Shown piece after piece: positions 58,401 through 64,000 of a DNA stretch of 64,000 bases (the first letter of the stretch is position 1; each line of letters starts with the position of its first letter). The stretch spans positions 74,950 through 138,949 of the IMG/VR virus record IMGVR_UViG_3300045988_118866; one strand, written 5' to 3'. Position numbers and translations under genes: made by a program. The DNA is from a virus. Below the pieces are notes generated by a model that did no database searches, had not been told where the DNA came from, and was given only the letters and a program-made list of their open reading frames with translations.

Positions 58401-60569
58401 GTTTAAAAGAGTTATTAAATCTCTAATTTTCTAATTATTTGTTTCAAATCCTAAATCTTGCTTATTTATATCTTTCTCTTTTTCATATAACTAATTTAAA
58501 ATTTCTCTAATTTTAGCTAATCCTTCAATCTAGAACTGTTTTTCATCAACAATTGGGATAGAAGATAATTTATAAACTAAATTAGCATATTCTTGAGCTG
58601 CTTTTTTAGCTCCTTCAAAAGTGGTAATTGCAGTTTCTGTTTTATAGGCACTATTAGGATCATCCTAATAAGTTCTATGAGCCATCATTTCTGCCATAAT
58701 AGAATAACGCTTATTTAATGTTTCCATTTCTTTCTAAGCTAATTCTACTTCTTCACCACGTTTAATAACGCTTTGTACTAATAAATTATGCTAATCTAAT
58801 AAGGTTGAAGCAATTTGTTTTTCTTTTTCACTTAACTTATCAGCATTCTCAATAAGCATTAACTAAGCGGTAGATTGTTCTGAATAAGCCATATTCATTG
58901 CTTTTCCAGAAGTAGTATTTTTATTTCCTGATAAAATAAGACTTTCATTAGCTTGCTTTTTTAATTCTTCAATATCATTTTTAATTGTCCCAAATTTTAA
59001 TCCTAAATTATAAAACCAGTTATCAAAAGAAGTAGTTAATTCTTTTGAAAAAACTTTTGACATTGTAGAACCAATTAAAAGTAACATACCAGGCATTCCA
59101 CCTAAGCTCTATGATACATTACCTATTATGTCTAAAACAGAGCTAAATCCATTTGTTAAATCAATAAAGAAATTATCATCTAATAAAGCAGCATATATTT
59201 TTTGTGCTGAAGCTTTTACTCTATCTCCCGCAGCTTCCCAAGACTCAGCATAAATATCCGCCTGTTCTTGAAGAGATCCATCAGCACCCTATGCTCTGGC
59301 AAGATTTTCTTTATAATAATCAAAATGATCCATCAAAGCAATTAATTGAGTATATTGACGAACACCCGCAACCTATTGTGCTAAAGCTACTTGCTAATCT
59401 TTATCAATACTCTACCATTTATTACCCATTTCTTCGATGATATTATTCATATCTTTTAATTTGCCATTAGAGTCTTTAATATTAATTCCAACTTTTTCAA
59501 GAGCTTGTGAATATTGATTTAATGTAGTGCCATCTTCAAGAGTTTCACCAAGCTTTAAACCTTGAATACGAGCAAAAATAGTTTTTAAAGCAGTACCTAC
59601 AATATCTTCACTTTGACGAGTAGTAGCAGTAATAGTAGCTAAGGCCGCGGCCGCGTTATCAAAACTTAAACCAATCGTATTGGCAACAGCAGCAAACTTT
59701 TCGAGACCGCCAGCAATTTCATCAGAGCTGGATGAGGTATCTGCACCTAAGCGTACCATAGCATCAGCATAATGCTCTAATGACTAACTCCCGTTATAAA
59801 AGTTATTCCAAACAGCAGTCATTTGATCTGAAACTATTTCAGCACTTTCACGAGCTACATTTGCCATTTTAATGGTAATATCAGTGCGTTCTTTTACCTA
59901 TTCATCATTTAAACCCTACTGATAATAAATTAAAGCAGCGTCAGTATATTCAGTAGTAGTTGTGCTTAAAGCTTTGGCCGCTATATTTGCCTATTTAGCA
60001 AATTTAGCCATCTAATCAGTAGTCTATCCAGTAACAATACGAATATTATTTAAAGATTCGTTTAAATCTTGAGCGTATCCATAAGCAGTCTATAAAGACC
60101 CCATAAACCCATGTAAAATACTAGAGGAAATTTGCCAACGCGCGGTATTTGCTAAAGTAGTCCCAAATTCTTTTAATAAAGAATTAGTTCTTCTTAAAGG
60201 TAATTCCGCCTGTGTAATAGAAGTTGCTAAATTAGCAAATGCTTTTTCACCTTCTGGACCCAATAAGCTTAAACTTTTCTGATATTCTTTAAGGGAAACT
60301 CCACCCTATTTTAAAGTCTAATTAAATTTACTAAGATCTAATTTACCTGTATTAACATCAGTTGCTTGCTATAACTAAGTTTTTAATTGTGCAGTTAATT
60401 GAATTGCGCCCTATATATCTTTAGAAATTCCTAAACTAGCATCAGTTTTTATAGAATTTGCCATTAGATTATTTAGCTAATTTTGTAAATCCTATAATTG
60501 CTGTTGAGCCTATTTAGAATCAGCAGTAAATTGTAAATTAACCTAATAACTATTTAATTGTTTAGCCAT
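52449..60569 (-). CDS. tail tape measure protein, 2706 codons with about 70 in-frame TAG
   Basis: ATG at 60569, 5 nt after RBS gaaaggagat, with TAA upstream. I scanned the frame manually with no TAA/TGA until the TGA at 52449. Eight ORF-track pieces from 59412..59759 down to 52623..52898 lie in this frame. The sequence is coiled-coil-rich (e.g. EYEKELAEKLAELD, QAAEDAVYRETTYQQERAL), typical of TMPs. Confidence 0.7.
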
Positions 60570-60616
60570 AGAAATCTCCTTTCTCTCCAAGTTTTATCTT
60601 TATATAAAAATAAAAC

Positions 60617-60646
60617 GGGGATAAGAGCAATTATACTCTTATCCCC
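60617..60646 (-). terminator. hairpin ggggataagag-caattatac-tcttatcccc + T-run (minus strand) just upstream of TMP RBS
   Basis: 10-11 bp stem positioned between gene 60692..61225 and the TMP gene. Confidence 0.4.
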
Positions 60647-60691
60647 ATCACTCTATTATTTTTCAAAAAATAATATTATTAACTAATTTAA

Positions 60692-61225
60692 TTAGCCCAA
60701 TTTAGTAAGCACATCTTTCAACAAAGCCATATTATCTGGATCATTTAACTTCTTTTGAATATCTGTCGCATCCAAATCTAAATTACTATAATCCGCGGAA
60801 ATTGCTTCCATAATACCCATTGCAGAATTGCGGTATAACACAATATTATTAGCCATCTCGTGAGTCGTTTTATTTAAATAATAAAATTCTCCATCAGGCA
60901 CAAGACCAATAATAAGATTAAGCACTTTAGAAGCATTAAGCATATCATAAAGCTTCATTGGATCTTCTTTTTGCTTTTCAGTAAATGAAATATTACTATA
61001 AGCATAAACAATCTCTAAGCCAAGATTCATATCCAGCTTTAAAAGATTATAATATCCAGTATTTTCATCTACTGAATTATTCAATACACGAGTAATTAAT
61101 TCACTCTTTTCCGCAATGGGAAGATATTGCTTTACCTCAATAGTCTAATCATTATATTCAACAGTTTGAACTTTATTAAGTTCATCCTTAGTGATTCCTA
61201 ATTTATTATATGAAATTTTAGCCAT
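60692..61225 (-). CDS. tail assembly chaperone-like protein (177 aa) by position upstream of TMP
   Basis: ATG at 61225, 6 nt after RBS aaaaggagg. TAG at 61145; TAA at 60692. Assignment is by synteny only. Confidence 0.4.
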
Positions 61226-61285
61226 AATTAGCCTCCTTTTACTCTTTATTATATTATACAAAAAATTTTTTATTTAGTCAATTTT

Positions 61286-62389
61286 TTAGAGATTCTAAAA
61301 TTTACTTTGATTAATTCTAATACGTCCATACAAAGCTTTTTCCCAACTTATATCCCCATTAAAATAATCATCGTCAATATTATCAATAAGTTCTTTTACT
61401 ACAGTTATAGTTGGAATAACTTTAATTACTCCATTTAAATTCAATACTAAAAATTTAGTATAATTACCACCAATCAATTTATTCAATACAGTATCTACAT
61501 AATTAGATTTTCCGCCTGTTAATTCATAAATTGCTCTTAATCTATAAAAATATTTAGGAGCGTCAGGGTGTTCTTTAGGATAGTGTCTCTATTTACAACC
61601 TAACATACGATAATATCTTTGTATTTTGCTAGAAGCTCCACCAAGAGGAATCATAGTCATAAAAACGCGGAAAGGATTTGTTGATCCTAACTCAATCTAA
61701 GTATTAGACATATAATTTTTTGCAGTAAAAGTAGCATTTAATAAAGCATCGTAAAGATCCTCGTCTATTTGATAATGAGAATTCTACTATATAGTATAAG
61801 TTTGCTATATCCCTATAATATCAGTTTTACCTGATACTCCTCTCATTGTCGAAATAGAATTCTAAACGTCTTTTTTAATCTAATCTCCTGCTTTTTTATA
61901 TATATCGCCCATTAAATTCTTAATATCATCATCAATATTTTTAGATAAATCAATAACATTAACTTGCCCGGTTCCAGCTTTTTTACTTGCACTTGTAATA
62001 GTCATGCTTTTATTACCTGCAAAATAATTTTCCGCTGTTGCCACTGCTTCGGCCACTACATTTTCAAAATATTTACCACGAGAATCATTGTTATCCAAGT
62101 TTTTAGGAATATTAAATAAAAAATTCATTGAAGAAAATAAATCTGGATTAATCTATTCTAAAGAATCTAATAATTCTGCCATCTGAGCATCTTGAATTAC
62201 ATTTCCTTGTTGCCGGTTTTGAATACTTCTAAAAAATTCTTCAAGCTTTTTTGCTTGCTTCTCTTGAGTTCCTCTTGCATGCAACTTTTGACTCATACTT
62301 CTTTTTGTATAATCATAGGATTTTTTTAAAAAATCCTAAGTATTCATTTCTCGCGGACTCGCCTTAATACTTCTCTATAATGAATTCAT
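61286..62389 (-). CDS. hypothetical tail-module protein (367 aa, about nine in-frame TAG)
   Basis: ATG at 62389 follows RBS aaggaggatt. Scanned open to the TAA at 61286. Contains pieces 61880..62128 and 61295..61486. Confidence 0.45.
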
Positions 62390-62417
62390 AAATCCTCCTT
62401 TTTCACATAACAAAAAA

Positions 62418-62447
62418 ATGGGAGAGAATATTTCTATTCTCTCCCAT
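62418..62447 (-). terminator. hairpin atgggagagaata-tttc-tattctctcccat
   Basis: 13-bp perfect stem directly after the TAA (62451) of the Lys-rich small gene. Confidence 0.5.
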
Positions 62448-62450
62448 TAA

Positions 62451-62636
62451 TTAATCTTTTTTATCTAATTCAGATAAAATCTTACTTACCTCATCTTCCT
62501 CTTGAAAAACTACTTCCTCAACAGGTTTAATAGGCTCTTTCTTTATTACAGCCTTTTCTACTTTTGGCTGCTTTTTAGTAGATTCTTTTTTAGGCTGTTT
62601 TGGTGGAGTATATTTTACTGGACCTTTTACAACCAT
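62451..62636 (-). CDS. small Lys-rich protein (61 aa)
   Basis: Intact ORF with TAA stop. KPKK-rich sequence. Confidence 0.4.
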   Translation of the reverse strand: MVVKGPVKYTPPKQPKKESTKKQPKVEKAVIKKEPIKPVEEVVFQEEDEVSKILSELDKKD

Positions 62637-62641
62637 ATCAA

Positions 62642-63625
62642 TTAGCCCCCAATAACAGTGGTGCTATTAGCAGCGGTCTTTCTACGAATATCGTTGTCAA
62701 CAGTTTCGTCTTCTTCAATAATCTGAATAGCAGCCAAAACTTTCTTACTATGATCGAAACGAGTATAATCAGGGAATGCGTCCATAGTAAAGGTGAAAGT
62801 GGAAGGATCACCAGAAGAAGCCATTGTGAAGTTAAAGTTAGACTGAATCTTACAGTTAGGAATAATAAATTCAGCAGGCATATCTACACCATCTTGATTA
62901 CGGAATAAAGTAGAAGCTTCAAGATAATAGTTACCACCAAATTTATCGGCAGTAATTTCAATCTACTTAGCCCCAGATTCACGCTCAGTGTAGTAATCAA
63001 CCATTACAGAGTCGCATTTAGCATAATCAGCTTCCAAATCATTAGCGGTATAAGCTGCTCCAGTAGCACGATCAAATCCTTTTACGGTAACACTAAAACC
63101 GGCGTCTCCCTCAGCAACTCCTTCGTGTGCTAAATAAGGCTCAGAAATAATTTCGCCATCTTTCATAAAGAAAACATAAACATAGTCATCATCTTTATGC
63201 TCTTTATCAAGATAAGGAGCATAAGAAACAGGGATAATCAAACCATCTGTCTTAATTTCTTTCTTATCATTGGCAGGGACAATATCTTTACTCTTATCAA
63301 CAGTTTGAGTAACATGTTGCTTAATCTTATTATCAGGAGAAGCCTCAACAAGACCAGCACCGGAAAGAATCATGAAACCTTCAGGAGAAATAAGAGCATC
63401 TTCCATTGTGAAGGTAACAGTACGCTCGCCTTCCCATGCGACTAAGTTAGTATTACCACGACCACCCTGTGCGTATACGGTAGTAGCAGCGCCTTCCATA
63501 CTGGAAGTCTTTAAAGTGTCGAAATAAATAACTGGCTCATTCTTATAAAATTGCTTATTACCAATCTTTTGATTAGCCTTTGCCTTTAAAACGACATCGC
63601 AAATTTCGCGTACACCAAATTTCAT
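62642..63625 (-). CDS. major tail (tube) protein-like, 327 aa, one in-frame TAG
   Basis: ATG at 63625 follows RBS aaggaggaaaaaaacct. ORFs 62963..63625 and 62642..62881 share a frame and are joined by the TAG at 62963. TAA at 62642. Gene order is tube, then chaperones, then TMP. Confidence 0.45.
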
Positions 63626-63649
63626 AGGTTTTTTTCCTCCTTAAAAAAT

Positions 63650-64000
63650 TTAATGGATATTTTTCATCCAGTTATCCGGCTTGTTATCAGGCTTTGCGCC
63701 TGCCAATCTAGACCGGATATCAATATCCCAATTAATATAAAGTTGATATCTTTCAACAAGGTCATAGAGTTGGAACATTGTTAAATCCATTAAATCCTGT
63801 AAAGACATTGAATCAAGACCTACAGTAAGCATTGAAAGATACTAACTAAATATACTAGCATTAGCCGTGCCGTTTAATTCAGCGACACGTTGTCTACCTC
63901 GCATTAATTTATCGGCTATCTTTTTCGCGGCCGCATTTCCAGGATTAAATCCCATTTCTTGCGAAGCATTAGATTTAAAACAAAATATTTCTTTAATATA
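63650..64000 (-). CDS. partial structural gene (C-terminal part; N-terminus beyond window)
   Basis: Open frame running in from the window edge through the TAG at 63842 to a TAA at 63650. Confidence 0.35.

Noticed and set aside
23059-63445. Plus-strand ORFs inside the minus-strand late region (23059..23277, 23538..23741, 24032..24241, 24354..24554, 34627..34974, 36679..36972, 38096..38320, 39061..39249, 40817..41083, 47712..47918, 49375..49662, 52695..52925, 55210..55410, 56561..56749, 57003..57335, 59204..59440, 62600..62908, 63197..63445)
   Set aside because: They are antisense to long verified open frames, composition-biased, and have no RBS/start context. The only convincing plus-strand gene in this region is the LytTR regulator.
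22608-64000. Interpreting the fragmented minus-strand ORFs as a decayed prophage or pseudogene field
   Set aside because: Every break is TAG and never TAA or TGA. Frames are preserved over kilobases, RBS/start contexts are intact, and the same TAG read-through restores conserved domains in essential early genes. That pattern means recoding, not decay.
1-64000. CRISPR arrays, tRNA/rRNA genes, transposases/IS elements, integrase
   Set aside because: No regularly spaced direct repeats, no cloverleaf-like GC-rich intergenic segments, and no DDE/recombinase motifs were seen. The only repeats are promoter-box repeats and terminator hairpins.

Overview
This 64 kb window looks like an internal piece of a large, AT-rich (about 30% GC) tailed-phage genome. 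No terminase, portal, capsid or tRNA gene falls inside the window, so the genome continues beyond both ends.

The main observation is that TAG (amber) is read as a sense codon throughout. Almost every long reading frame in the ORF track that stops at TAG simply continues in the same frame. Real gene ends use only TAA or TGA. In-frame TAGs sit among CAA/CAG codons in Gln-rich runs, so the most likely reading is TAG = Gln (genetic code 15-like). Under that reading the fragmented minus-strand ORFs fuse into a coherent late operon.

Layout:
- 1-22.6 kb, plus strand: early replication and nucleotide-metabolism module. It carries a DnaB-like helicase, DnaG-like primase, DHH/RecJ-like phosphoesterase, Dda-like SF1 helicase, a DnaE-type polymerase, a guanylate-kinase-like protein, anaerobic RNR NrdD/NrdG, dUTPase and a RuvC-like resolvase. 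TAG codons are sparse here.
- 22.6-25.5 kb, minus strand: a small cargo cassette with its own promoter. It encodes an ImmA-like HExxH peptidase, a BclA-C-terminal (C1q-like) domain protein, and Cys-rich and Gln-rich small proteins.
- 25.8-26.5 kb, plus strand: a LytTR-type regulator with a degenerate receiver domain, insulated by hairpin terminators.
- 26.5-64 kb, minus strand: the late tail module. It contains a 2706-codon tape-measure-like ORF (roughly 70 in-frame TAGs by manual count), a 2564-codon fibre/adhesin-like ORF, several other large fibre/baseplate-like proteins, and hairpin terminators between genes.

Other points: a +1 frame break in the polymerase N-terminus falls exactly on CTT_TGA_C, the prfB-type frameshift heptamer. 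Conserved early-promoter repeats are present.

Coordinates of the recoded genes were derived by hand and carry an uncertainty of a few nucleotides.
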